From: Myxococcota bacterium
Lineage (GTDB): Bacteria; Myxococcota_A; UBA9160; SZUA-336
Direction of reading: 5' to 3'
Assembly: GCA_965247115.1 (NCBI GenBank)
Contig: CBDFGR010000002.1
Coordinates: 608,001-672,000, forward strand
DNA length: 64,000 bases
Part shown: in pieces, positions 29,206 to 38,737 of the stretch
How the letters are laid out: each line of letters begins with the position of its first letter
Position numbering within the stretch: position 1 is the stretch's first letter
Position numbers and translations under genes: made by a program
The notes under the pieces: generated by a model
What the model was told of the DNA's origin: nothing
The model's input: the letters and a program-made list of their open reading frames with translations, nothing else
Database searches by the model: none

Positions 29206-30414
29206 CTAGACGTCGCCTCTTTCGCGCAGCTGGGCGATCTCGTGGGCCGAGAGGCCCAGGAGCTCGTGCAGCACCGCATCGGTGTCGGCGCCGAGTGCTG
29301 GTGCAGAGGACCTGGGACTCGGCTCGGTATCGGACAGGCGCAGAGGCGACCCGATCTCGCGCAGGACACCGAGCTTTGGATGTTCGACCTCCCACAGCAG
29401 GTCGAGCTCCTCGAGCGCGGGATGGGCGAGCGCCTCGCCCAGCTCGTAGACGGGCGCGCACGGAACACGCCCACGCAGGCGCTCGATCCACTCGTCGGTC
29501 GTACGCTCACGAAGCGCGTCGGACAGGAGGGCGATCAGCTCGTCGCGGTGGCGCAGGCGGCCCTGCATATCGCGAAAGCGCGGATCCGCTGGCACGTCGG
29601 GAAGCCCGAGAGCCTCACAGAGGGGCGGGAAGAAGCTGTCCTTCATGCACATGATCAAGATGCAGCTATCCCGCGTCTGGAAGTTCTGGGCCGGTACCGC
29701 CGTCTGATGCGCGGCGTTCGGAAGCTTTTCCGGTACGAAGCCCAGGTTCAAATTCCAGGCGGCGAGGTAGTTGAGCATGGAAAGCGCGCCGGCGTAGAGC
29801 GAGGTCTCCACGTCCCCGCCGCGGCCCGTCGAGCGGGCTCGCTGCAGGGCCGCGAGGAGGCCGACGATCGAGATCAGACCGGAAGCGAAGTCGATCACCG
29901 AGACAGCGCAGCGCGTCGGGGGGGCATCGGGCTCCCCGGTGAGCGCCATGTAGCCCGTCATCGCCTGGATCAGATAGTCGTAGCCAGGCTCCGCGGCGTG
30001 GCTTGACTGCGTCCCGAAGGCGGAACAGGAAGCACACACGATTTGCGCATTCACGGATCCCAGAGCCTGGTAGTCGAGGCCGAGCTTGCGAGGCTGGTCT
30101 CCGCGCAGGTTGTTGTAGATGGCGTGGGAGACGCGCACCAGCCCGTGGAGGATCTCCTGGCCCCCAGGTGAGCGCAGGTTGAGCGTGATCGAGCGCTTGT
30201 TCCGGTTCATCGACTGGAAGTAGACCGAGTCGTTCTCGACCCCGTCCGAGAGCGGAGGCACACCACGCGCCGCGTCGCCTCCCGTTGGGTGCTCGATCTT
30301 GATCACCTCGGCGCCCAGCTCGGCCAGCTGCATGGTGGCCCAGGGACCTGCGCCGAACGAGGAGGCCGTCAGGATGCGAACGTCCGCGAGCGGGAGGGGC
30401 GCGAGCTCGCTCAT
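29206..30414 (-). CDS. Family III CoA-transferase (CaiB/BaiF)
   Basis: GAEVIKIEHP, MNRNKRSITLNL, PGYDYLIQA (catalytic Asp), APALGADT. Confidence 0.92.
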   Translation of the reverse strand: MSELAPLPLADVRILTASSFGAGPWATMQLAELGAEVIKIEHPTGGDAARGVPPLSDGVENDSVYFQSMNRNKRSITLNLRSPGGQEILHGLVRVSHAIYNNLRGDQPRKLGLDYQALGSVNAQIVCASCSAFGTQSSHAAEPGYDYLIQAMTGYMALTGEPDAPPTRCAVSVIDFASGLISIVGLLAALQRARSTGRGGDVETSLYAGALSMLNYLAAWNLNLGFVPEKLPNAAHQTAVPAQNFQTRDSCILIMCMKDSFFPPLCEALGLPDVPADPRFRDMQGRLRHRDELIALLSDALRERTTDEWIERLRGRVPCAPVYELGEALAHPALEELDLLWEVEHPKLGVLREIGSPLRLSDTEPSPRSSAPALGADTDAVLHELLGLSAHEIAQLRERGDV

Positions 30415-30441
30415 TGGTGAACCTCTTCGACCCGCGATGAC

Positions 30442-31245
30442 CTAGCCGAACGCCCGGAGGAACTCGATCATCGCGCGACTGGTCGCCTCTGGCTGCTCGT
30501 AGGGGTAATAGTGGCCACAGTTCGGGATGATCCTGAGAAGGGAGTTCGGGAGCGCCGCGTGCAGGTCTCGGGACATCTGCAGCGGTGTGCGACCATCGGC
30601 GTCGCCGCAAAGTACGAGCGTGGGACATTCGATCTTGGCCAGGTCGGTCTCGCTGATCGGCCCCGCCACCGCCCGGACCATCTCCGCGTAGCTCGTCGGC
30701 TCATTGCGGAGCAATGTCTGCCTGAGCTTCTCCAGCGCCTCCGGATTGTGCTGGACGGTGTAAGGGCTGTGCGCGGCCTTCGTGAACTCCCAGGTCTTCT
30801 CGATGATCTCCTCGATGGGAGCCCCACTCTCCGCGAGCTGCTGCCTCAGCTCGAAGCCGCTGCGGTCCGTCGGCACCGGGCGCGGTCCCGCCGCTCCCAT
30901 CGCGACCAGGGCCCGCGTTCGGCCCGGATTCTGCGCCGCGAAACGCGTGATGATGGCGCCGCCCAGCGACCAGCCCGCGAGCGCGGCCTCGTGCAGATCG
31001 AAGCCCTCCAGAAAGCCCCGCAGGTCGTCCACCCAGAGCTGCTGCGAGAGCGGCGGCTCCGGCGGGCGGACCGTCTGGCCGAAGCCGCGCAGGTCCATGG
31101 CATAGACGGTGAAGTGCGGCGTGAGCCGCGGAACCAGCCACTCCCACGCGAGCGAGTCAACACCCCCCCCGTGCACCAGCACGAGCGGCGGCCCCTGGCC
31201 ATTTACCTCGAAGAAGATCTCCAGGTCTCCAATCGATCTGAACAC
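30442..31245 (-). CDS. Alpha/beta hydrolase
   Basis: LVHGGG, MDLRGFG, AGWSLGG, NCGH. Start inferred at GTG 31245 by alignment with paralogs. Confidence 0.88.
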   Translation of the reverse strand: MFRSIGDLEIFFEVNGQGPPLVLVHGGGVDSLAWEWLVPRLTPHFTVYAMDLRGFGQTVRPPEPPLSQQLWVDDLRGFLEGFDLHEAALAGWSLGGAIITRFAAQNPGRTRALVAMGAAGPRPVPTDRSGFELRQQLAESGAPIEEIIEKTWEFTKAAHSPYTVQHNPEALEKLRQTLLRNEPTSYAEMVRAVAGPISETDLAKIECPTLVLCGDADGRTPLQMSRDLHAALPNSLLRIIPNCGHYYPYEQPEATSRAMIEFLRAFG

Positions 31246-31255
31246 GCTACCTCCC

Positions 31256-32065
31256 TCAGCGAAACGCCGTGACGAAGGTGATGATCGACCGGCTCGTCGC
31301 CTCGGGCTGCTCGCGGGCGTAGTTATGGCCACAGTCGGCGATGATCCTGAGGTAGGAGTTGGGAAGAGCCTTGTGCAGGTTCTCGGACATCTCGAGCGGA
31401 GTGCGCGAATCCGAGTCGCCGCAGATCACGAGTGACGGGCAGGTGACGGCTTTGAGCTTTCCCTCGAGGATCGCCGGATCTTCGCGGCAGCGGAGCATCT
31501 CGGCGTAGTCGGTGGGGCGGTTGCGGCTCAGCATCAGCCGAACCTTCTCCACGGCCGTGGGATTGTGCTCGAGGCTGTACTTGCTGAACGTCACTTTGGT
31601 GAACTCGAAGGTCCTCTCGACGATCTCCTCCATCGTTATGCCGCTCTCCACAAGCGCCATGCGATCTTCGAAGCCCTTGCGGTCCCAGACCCCCGTATGG
31701 GAGCCGGGCGCGCCCATCGGGATCAGGTGGGTCACCCGATCGGGATAGACCGTCGCGAAGTTCATCACAATGATGCCGCCGAGCGACCAGCCCGCGAGCG
31801 CGGCCCTCTCGATCCCGAAGCTGTCCATGAAGTTCTTGAGATCCTCGGTCCAGACGTCTGCATGCAGCTTTGGCTCCGGCGGCCGCACCGTCTTGCCGTG
31901 GCCACGCAGATCCATCGCATAGACCTGGAAGTGCCTGGCAAGGCTCGGGATGACCTCCTCCCACCAGACCGCATCCGCCCCACCGCCGTGGAGGAGCAGT
32001 AGCGGATGCCCCTCGCCCTCTACGACGTAGTTGACCTCCAGATCCCCGATCGTCTTGAACATCAC
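31256..32065 (-). CDS. Alpha/beta hydrolase
   Basis: LLHGGG, DLRGHG, AGWSLGG, DCGH. Tandem paralog of the adjacent hydrolase. Confidence 0.88.
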   Translation of the reverse strand: MMFKTIGDLEVNYVVEGEGHPLLLLHGGGADAVWWEEVIPSLARHFQVYAMDLRGHGKTVRPPEPKLHADVWTEDLKNFMDSFGIERAALAGWSLGGIIVMNFATVYPDRVTHLIPMGAPGSHTGVWDRKGFEDRMALVESGITMEEIVERTFEFTKVTFSKYSLEHNPTAVEKVRLMLSRNRPTDYAEMLRCREDPAILEGKLKAVTCPSLVICGDSDSRTPLEMSENLHKALPNSYLRIIADCGHNYAREQPEATSRSIITFVTAFR

Positions 32066-32083
32066 TCCTCCCGACGCCGAGCT

Positions 32084-33067
32084 CTAGATGAGATGCGGCT
32101 CCAGATCTGCGTACGTTTCATCTCGCCTGAAGTAGAACTCAACCCCGAGCCCGTCAGGATCCTCGAGGAAGATGCTGCGCTTGCTCGGCACATCGACACG
32201 ACGGGTCACCTCGAGGGAAGCGCCCGAGAGCATGCCCTCCGCCGCCTCGAGGTCGGCTTCGTCTTCGATCTCGAAGGCCATGTGGACCAGTCCTGGCGGG
32301 CGGTCGTGCGTCGCCCGAACGAGCGCGAGATCGTAGCCGTGTCGCGGTTGCTTGCCGCGCAGGAGAGCGACACCCGCCTCGGCGCGGGAGTGCACGACCT
32401 GCAGCCCCCCGACCTCCGCGTAGAAGCGCAGGCAGTCGTCGAAGTTCGCGACGGAGAGCACGGCGTGTGTGATCCTGGACGGGTGGAAGATCGCGCCCTT
32501 TGCGCGCTGGATCTCGGGGTCGACCGGGTAGAAGGACTCGGCGACCGGCGGGGAGTCGCCAGGAACCCACGGATCGGTGATGACCTCGTTCTTGAAGGCC
32601 TCGAAGATCGCGCGCCAGTCCTTGACCGAGTCGGCGTAGAACTCGACCCCGTTGCCGTCCGGGTCGAACAGGTAGACGCTGCGCGAAAGCTTGTGATCCA
32701 CCGTCATGCGGAAGTCCACGCTGGCCGCCCGCGCGCGCTCATACCCAACCACGAGCTCTGCCTCGTTCTCCATCTCGAAGGCCAGGTGGTTGATCCCAGG
32801 CTTGCGGCCCCAGGTCTTCGGGTCGGACCGCGGCTGATCGGAGCCCAGGATCCGGTCATCCAGGATCCGTGTGTCCTGGATCTCGACCATGCCGATGTCG
32901 TGGTGCGTGTTCCCGTTGCTCAGGAACCCCGCGTGGATCGCGGGCTCGCGGAACACCTCTTCGAGGCCCGCGACCTCGTTGTAGAAGGCCATCGAGCGCT
33001 CTAGCTCGCCCACATAGAGATTCGCGTGCCCGAGCCGCCGCGGCCCGAAACCGATCTGTTCGCCCAT
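32084..33067 (-). CDS. Two-domain VOC protein, extradiol dioxygenase-like
   Basis: RLGHANL, NTHHDIG, INHLAFE, DHKLSRSVYLFDPDGNGVEF. Paralog of 18313-19293. Confidence 0.82.
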   Translation of the reverse strand: MGEQIGFGPRRLGHANLYVGELERSMAFYNEVAGLEEVFREPAIHAGFLSNGNTHHDIGMVEIQDTRILDDRILGSDQPRSDPKTWGRKPGINHLAFEMENEAELVVGYERARAASVDFRMTVDHKLSRSVYLFDPDGNGVEFYADSVKDWRAIFEAFKNEVITDPWVPGDSPPVAESFYPVDPEIQRAKGAIFHPSRITHAVLSVANFDDCLRFYAEVGGLQVVHSRAEAGVALLRGKQPRHGYDLALVRATHDRPPGLVHMAFEIEDEADLEAAEGMLSGASLEVTRRVDVPSKRSIFLEDPDGLGVEFYFRRDETYADLEPHLI

Positions 33068-33110
33068 TATCATTCCCCCTTTGTGAAACCGGGAGCTGAC
33101 AGCAAACGCA

Positions 33111-34274
33111 TCATGATGCGGCGAGCTCCTCTCCGACCGTCATCCGGATCACGTACTTGTCTAGCTCCCAGGTAGTTCTCTCAAGATACGAAAAGCGCCC
33201 CGGGGGGAGCAGTCTCGACTTCATCCCCCGGTGTGTGAGCTTCGCACCCACCATGTCCTGGTTATTGGTCACGATGAACCCCTCCTGCGCAGCGGCCAGG
33301 TGCTTGTCGAAATCGGGGATCTTCGTCGTGGACTCAGGATAGTATAGGTTCAGCGTCACGTTGGTTCGCCCCGCCCCCTCGGGATAGAAGAACAGAGCCA
33401 GGGCCCCTGTCGGCAACGGCGCCACCAGCGTGCTCGGATAGATCAGGAACATGCTGAAGCTCTGCAGCTCGAAGGGCGTGAGGCCTTCGAGCGCGGGAAA
33501 CGGAGATACAACTTCGTTGGTGCCGGTCACATAGGGAAAGGGGGCGTCTGCCTTCGTGAACGAGCAGGTCCAGCTCTGATTCGGATCCTCTTCACCGAAG
33601 GTGGCTCCGACTCGCTTCACGCTGCGCCGCATGAAGTGGATGTTGGGCACGTGGTACATGTCGATCGCCTGCTCGGCAGAGAGCTTCCAGTTGCACTGGT
33701 TCCAGAACGGCATGCCCTGGGTGGTCCGGAGCTCGCTCATCTTGTAGTTCCCGAATAGCTCGGAAAGCCGGACGAGCCTCGGTCCCAGCGGAGCCGCGTC
33801 GCGATCGAAGTTCACGAAGATGAAGCCCTCCCACACTTCCACGCGGAGCTCGGGGAGCGACCAATCGCGAACGTGGAAGTCCGCCGTGCGGTTCATCTGC
33901 CGGGCTCCGAGAAGCTCTCCCCGGAGGTTGTAGGTCCAGCCGTGAAAAGGACACTCGAGGTATTTCGTGCTGCCCGCACCTTCGACGATGCAGGCTCCCC
34001 GGTGCCGACATGTTCGGGAGAACGCGCGCAAGACCCCCTTGTCGTCGCGCAGGATCACGATCGGCTCCTCGACGATGTCAGCGCAGAAGTAGTCGCCGGG
34101 GCTCTCGACCTGATCGACGCGACCGACGCCCAGCCACTCCTTCATGAAGATCTTCTCGATCTCGAGCTCGTAGAACTCCGGCGAGGTGTAGCAGTACGGC
34201 GGGAGGGTGTGAGCCTGGTCGAGGGGTGCGAGCACCCTCCTGAGCTGCTCTCTCAGCTCGCTCCTGACCTCCAA
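33111..34274 (-). CDS. Rieske non-heme iron oxygenase alpha subunit
   Basis: CRHRG...CPFHGW, NWKLSAEQAIDMYHVPNIH, NNQD. Close paralog of 20507-21685. Confidence 0.92.
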   Translation of the reverse strand: MEVRSELREQLRRVLAPLDQAHTLPPYCYTSPEFYELEIEKIFMKEWLGVGRVDQVESPGDYFCADIVEEPIVILRDDKGVLRAFSRTCRHRGACIVEGAGSTKYLECPFHGWTYNLRGELLGARQMNRTADFHVRDWSLPELRVEVWEGFIFVNFDRDAAPLGPRLVRLSELFGNYKMSELRTTQGMPFWNQCNWKLSAEQAIDMYHVPNIHFMRRSVKRVGATFGEEDPNQSWTCSFTKADAPFPYVTGTNEVVSPFPALEGLTPFELQSFSMFLIYPSTLVAPLPTGALALFFYPEGAGRTNVTLNLYYPESTTKIPDFDKHLAAAQEGFIVTNNQDMVGAKLTHRGMKSRLLPPGRFSYLERTTWELDKYVIRMTVGEELAAS

Positions 34275-34296
34275 ATGGTCTCTCCTTTGTTGCTGG

Positions 34297-36732
34297 CTAG
34301 GGGCGCTTGGAGCTCGACCTGGAGGATCTGGGACCGTTGCCGAAGATGCTCAGGTCCTCCGAGTCGAAGCTACGGGAGACACTGATCCCGTACCTGCGAG
34401 GGGGGGCCGCGTAGACGTGGGTGTTGTTGAAGCTCGCGACGCGGAACGCGGTGTTCGCGTAGTTCCGATCCAGCAGGTTCTTGCCCCACAGCGCGATCTC
34501 GGTCTTGCCGTCAGGAAGCAGGAGCGAGATGCGGCCGTTCAGCAGTCCGTAGGCGTTCTGCTGCGCGTCCTTGCTGTTCTGCACGTCGTAGTACGTCTTT
34601 GACTGGTGGTACCAGTCGGCTCGAACAATCAGCTCGCCCATGGGGAGGCTAGCTCGGTAGTCGCCTCCCAGCCCGAAATTCAGCGCAGGTGCGTTCGCGA
34701 AATGGAGCCCGGCCCTGTCGATGGGCCCTCCGGTGTCGGGATCGACGTCGTCGAACTCGTCATAGCGAGCCCAGGTGGTCCCCACCTGCCCCTCGATGCG
34801 GAGATTCGAGGCGACCAGCGCGGTGAGCTCGAGCTCGATGCCGGAGATCGTCGCTTTACCGGCGTTCCGGACGGTCGAGACGATCCCCCGACCCTCCTCT
34901 CCTCCTCCCTCAGTTCCCTGGCCCGACTCTCCGAAAGCGATCAGCTGGATATCGTCGTACTCACCGTAGTAGAAGACTCCGTTTGCGATGACGCGGTTTT
35001 CGAACAGCTGGACCTTGACGCCGGCCTCGAAGCTGTCCAGGGTCTCGCTCTCGAAAGGGTTATCCAGCTCTTCCTGACGCAGCAGGAACCCGTTGAAGCC
35101 GCCACTGCGAAACCCGCGACTGTAGCCGGCGTAGAACATCAAATCGTCGTTGGGGCGGAAGCGGACGTTGAACCGGGGCGTCCAGCTCTGAAAGCGGTCG
35201 CTTCCCTTTCCAACGAAGACCGGATCGCCCGCGAAAATCGCGAACTCGTTGACGATGTCAATCTCCTTGTAGTCGGCTGTACGCCGGACGCCAGCGGTGA
35301 CGGAGAGGCTGTCAGTAAGGTCGTAGGTGAACTCCGCAAAGCCCGCCAAGCTCGACGCAGTTGCGGTCTCATCGACCCCGACCCGCTCGGGCCCGAAGAT
35401 GTCCGCGAAGAAGTCGGTGTCGTCGTTGAAATCGCCGACCTCGCGGAACCAGTAGAGTCCGGCCACATAGTTCAGGCGGCCGTCCGCTGCGATGCCGGTG
35501 AACTGGATCTCCTGGCTGAGCTGATCCTCTCGGTTCGACGTCAGGAGGAACTCGTTGCCGATGTTCTCGCGACTCATATCATCGTCGAAGCGGAGCTGGT
35601 ACTCCTGAGCTCGCCAGGCGGTGATGGACTTCAAGGAGAGCTCGCCAAGGAAGCCCACCTCTCCCAGGTCGTAGTCGATGATGGCCGTTGAGGACCAGGT
35701 GTCGACGTCGTTCTTGCCTGCCAGCTGCGAGTCGACATCGTGGTAGTCCGCTGCTCGGACGGCGTCACAGGACTCCTGGTATGGGATACCAAAGAGCCCG
35801 GCAAGCTCCACGACGGCGGCGCCCTGCGGGGCCGGTGGATCGATATAGAAGCACTTGGCAATGGGCGACTTCGTGCGGCTGCGTGAGTAGTCATAACTCA
35901 CGTTGATGTCGAGCCGATCGTTCGGGATGAAGCGCAGAGCGGCGCGCACGGCTCTGTTGTTCCCGGTCGCGAAGTGCGAGCCATCGAAAATGTTGTCCAG
36001 GTAACCCTCGTCGTTGCGGAGGCCCAGGTTGAGACGGAGGAAGAGCTTCTCGGCGAGCGACCCCACCCCGATCGGGACGTTGAGCATCAGCTTGCTCATG
36101 ACCTGCTCCTGGTTGCCGAGACCCGCCTCGGCGTAGGCCTCGAACTCCGGCTGGGGCTTCCTGGTGATGTAGTCGATCGCGCCGCCCACGGTGTTCCGGC
36201 CAAAGGTCACGCCCTGAGGGCCGCGGAGCGCCTCCACGCGCTCGAGATCGATCACGTCGAACAGGCCTCCCGTCATCCGTGCCAGGTACACGCCGTCGAC
36301 ATAGATACCCACCCCCTGGTCGCGGGTCGGCGTGAAGTCCTCCTGTCCAACACCGCGGATGTAGACCTTGGAGTAGGTGCTGCCCGAGACGTTCTCAAAG
36401 GTCAGGTTCGGAACGGACCGGGTCAGCTCCCGGTTCTCGAAAACGGAACGTATGCTCAGATCCTCGGCGGAGAAGGCAGAAACTGCGACTGGGACGTCCT
36501 GTAGCCTCTCCTCGCGTTTCCGCGAGGTCACGACGATCTCCTCGATGGCATCGGGGGCGTCTCGAGCCTCAGGGGACTCCGTGGCGACCGACTCCTGGGC
36601 GGCCACGGGAACCTTGCCTTCGGGCTCGTCGGCTGTAGCAGAGAGTACTGGCCCAACAAACAGGACGAGCACGACGAGTGCGAGTCCGCGAAGCCCCCAC
36701 CTTGACAGCATAATCAACATTGAGAGCAGCAT
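34297..36732 (-). CDS. TonB-dependent receptor
   Basis: GGAGG RBS before ATG 36732, signal-peptide-like N-terminus. TonB box IEEIVVTSRKREE, DLERVEALRGPQG..FGRNTVGGAI, GFRSGGFN, KNLLD, PRRYG. Confidence 0.92.
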   Translation of the reverse strand: MLLSMLIMLSRWGLRGLALVVLVLFVGPVLSATADEPEGKVPVAAQESVATESPEARDAPDAIEEIVVTSRKREERLQDVPVAVSAFSAEDLSIRSVFENRELTRSVPNLTFENVSGSTYSKVYIRGVGQEDFTPTRDQGVGIYVDGVYLARMTGGLFDVIDLERVEALRGPQGVTFGRNTVGGAIDYITRKPQPEFEAYAEAGLGNQEQVMSKLMLNVPIGVGSLAEKLFLRLNLGLRNDEGYLDNIFDGSHFATGNNRAVRAALRFIPNDRLDINVSYDYSRSRTKSPIAKCFYIDPPAPQGAAVVELAGLFGIPYQESCDAVRAADYHDVDSQLAGKNDVDTWSSTAIIDYDLGEVGFLGELSLKSITAWRAQEYQLRFDDDMSRENIGNEFLLTSNREDQLSQEIQFTGIAADGRLNYVAGLYWFREVGDFNDDTDFFADIFGPERVGVDETATASSLAGFAEFTYDLTDSLSVTAGVRRTADYKEIDIVNEFAIFAGDPVFVGKGSDRFQSWTPRFNVRFRPNDDLMFYAGYSRGFRSGGFNGFLLRQEELDNPFESETLDSFEAGVKVQLFENRVIANGVFYYGEYDDIQLIAFGESGQGTEGGGEEGRGIVSTVRNAGKATISGIELELTALVASNLRIEGQVGTTWARYDEFDDVDPDTGGPIDRAGLHFANAPALNFGLGGDYRASLPMGELIVRADWYHQSKTYYDVQNSKDAQQNAYGLLNGRISLLLPDGKTEIALWGKNLLDRNYANTAFRVASFNNTHVYAAPPRRYGISVSRSFDSEDLSIFGNGPRSSRSSSKRP

Positions 36733-36935
36733 TGCGCACCTCCGGGGGCCCGCTTGCATACTCGCACCGGGCCCGAGAATAACCCTACGGCTGCGATGCT
36801 CCCACGCAGAGCGCTGCCAGTCAAACGACCAAAGCTGGCCTCCGAATACGCAACCCGCGCCCCACCACGAGGGCGCTTGGCAGTCATGCGGTGCCGTGTC
36901 ACACTCGCTGTGAATCACCGAAACCGGAGGTGGAC

Positions 36936-37388
36936 ATGGCCAGCTACAAAGTGCTCGGCACTGATCACACGGCGTACACGGTCTCGGACATGGACCGGAG
37001 CGTGAAGATGTTCTGTGAGGTGCTCGGCTTCGAGCTCCTGAGCGACGACGAGGCCGAAAGCGGTCTGGTCAAGGAGCTGACCGGCGTGGACGCCCCGCTC
37101 CGCTTCGTCTACCTGCGCGGGCCGGACGGACACCAGGTCGAGCTCGTGCAGTACCACGGACCCGCAGACCGGGGGCAGATCCACTACCGACCCTGCGACA
37201 CCGCAGCCGCTCATATGGCGATCCGCGTCGACAACGTTCCAGCCGCCGTGGAGGCGGCCAAGGGCGCCGGACTCACGCCTTACAACCAGATCGTCACGAT
37301 GGAACACGAGGACGGCGGCGTCACGCAGTCCGCGTACATGCGCGATCCGGACGGACTCACCATCGAGCTGCTGAGCCGCCCAAGCTAG
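36936..37388 (+). CDS. VOC/glyoxalase family protein
   Basis: DHTAYTVSDMDRS, VELVQY, AHMAIRV, RDPDGLTIEL. GGAGG RBS. Confidence 0.88.
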   Translation: MASYKVLGTDHTAYTVSDMDRSVKMFCEVLGFELLSDDEAESGLVKELTGVDAPLRFVYLRGPDGHQVELVQYHGPADRGQIHYRPCDTAAAHMAIRVDNVPAAVEAAKGAGLTPYNQIVTMEHEDGGVTQSAYMRDPDGLTIELLSRPS

Positions 37389-37408
37389 ACCTGAGGCGCG
37401 ATCCGTAG

Positions 37409-37837
37409 ATGAAGATCACTCCGGTCCATCCACAGGAACCGAAGCCCGAACACAACATGCCGTTCGTCCCGGCGTTCTCGGTCGAGGGCGGGCGCACGAT
37501 CTGGTTGGCCGGCTGCGGCCCGATTCCGATCTACCACAAGCACCCGCACGATCCCATCGAAGAGGCGGCGTGGATGGAAGGCGGCTTCCGCGCGCAGTGC
37601 GACAAGACCTTCCAGAACATCCAGACCGTGCTGCAGGCTGCGGGAGGCGACCTCGCCAACATCGTGAAACTGACGATCTACCTGACCGACATCTTCCGGG
37701 ATCAGGACGTGCTCAACGAGATCACCTGGAAGCTGTTCGGCCACGAGCGCATGCCGCCTCGAACGATCGTCGAGATCGCGTCGCTTGCCCACAAGGACAT
37801 GCTGCTCGAGATCGACGCGACCGCAGTCGTCCCCTGA
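37409..37837 (+). CDS. RidA/YjgF family protein (retains conserved Arg)
   Basis: IWLAG, NIVKLTIYL, PPRTIV, LLEIDATAV. Confidence 0.88.
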   Translation: MKITPVHPQEPKPEHNMPFVPAFSVEGGRTIWLAGCGPIPIYHKHPHDPIEEAAWMEGGFRAQCDKTFQNIQTVLQAAGGDLANIVKLTIYLTDIFRDQDVLNEITWKLFGHERMPPRTIVEIASLAHKDMLLEIDATAVVP

Positions 37838-37845
37838 GACGGCCC

Positions 37846-38244
37846 TCAGCCCGGAATCCCGACCACGCACTCCACCTCGATGAGCAGCTCCGGGAGCGCC
37901 AGGTTGGAGACCTCGACCAGCGTGCTCGCGGGTCGCGCGTTCCCGAAGAATGCCTCGCGGATGGGGTTGATCTTCGCGCGGTCAGCGATGTCCTTCAGGT
38001 AGATGGTGACCTTCAGGATGTCGGCTGGGCTCGCTGCCTCGGCGCTCAGCACCTTGCCGATGTTGCTGAACACCTCGCCAGCCTGAGTCAGCACGTCGCC
38101 CTCACCGATCACCTGGTGTTGCTCGTCGAGCGCCACCATCCCCGAGATGAAGAGCAGATTCCCGAACCGAACCGCGTCGGTATAGTGGCTGATGGGCGGA
38201 CTGAGACTGGCGACCCGGACTTCCGTGCGCGTTTCCTTGCTCAT
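37846..38244 (-). CDS. RidA/YjgF family protein (lacks conserved Arg)
   Basis: SHYTDAV, LFISGMV, ILKVTIYL, PASTLVEVSNL, IEVECV. Confidence 0.88.
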   Translation of the reverse strand: MSKETRTEVRVASLSPPISHYTDAVRFGNLLFISGMVALDEQHQVIGEGDVLTQAGEVFSNIGKVLSAEAASPADILKVTIYLKDIADRAKINPIREAFFGNARPASTLVEVSNLALPELLIEVECVVGIPG

Positions 38245-38330
38245 GGACGCATGATAAGCGCCTGGCTTCCGGATTGACATTCCAAAGAGGACGTTCCAGC
38301 CTAGCTGCGAGCCACCGAAGGAGGAAAGCA

Positions 38331-38726
38331 ATGCAGAAGGAGGTCATCAACCCAGATACGCTCGCGCCTCCGGTCGGCCACTTTGACCGGGCCGTACGTA
38401 TCGACAATACCCTCTACATCTCGGGAACGTCGGCCCTGACGCACGTCACGGGGGGCCTGCGGGAGCGGAAGATTCCGCCGACGATCGAGGAGCAGACCCG
38501 GCTCACCTTTGAGAACATCCGGAGAGTGCTCGAGGCGGCGGGAGGCCAGCTCTCCGACATCTTCAAGCTCACGGTCTTCCTCGTGCGAGCGGAGGATTTC
38601 GAGGTCGTCGACCAGATCACGCGCGAGTTCTTGCCCGCGCGCGGCTTCATCAACTCCTCTTTCCAGACCGACCTACTCAACCCCGATCTGCTGATCGAGA
38701 TAGAGGCGACCGCTCAGCTCAAGTAG
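38331..38726 (+). CDS. RidA/YjgF family protein (lacks conserved Arg)
   Basis: PPVGHFDRAV, LYISGT, IEEQTR, IFKLTVFL, LIEIEATA. GGAGG RBS. Confidence 0.88.
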   Translation: MQKEVINPDTLAPPVGHFDRAVRIDNTLYISGTSALTHVTGGLRERKIPPTIEEQTRLTFENIRRVLEAAGGQLSDIFKLTVFLVRAEDFEVVDQITREFLPARGFINSSFQTDLLNPDLLIEIEATAQLK

Positions 38727-38737
38727 GAGAAAGACCC

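Noticed and set aside
36899..36913. TCACA-N5-TGTGA as a CRP/FNR site
   Set aside because: Half-sites are in the reverse order and spacing relative to TGTGA-N6-TCACA, and the motif is too short to support.
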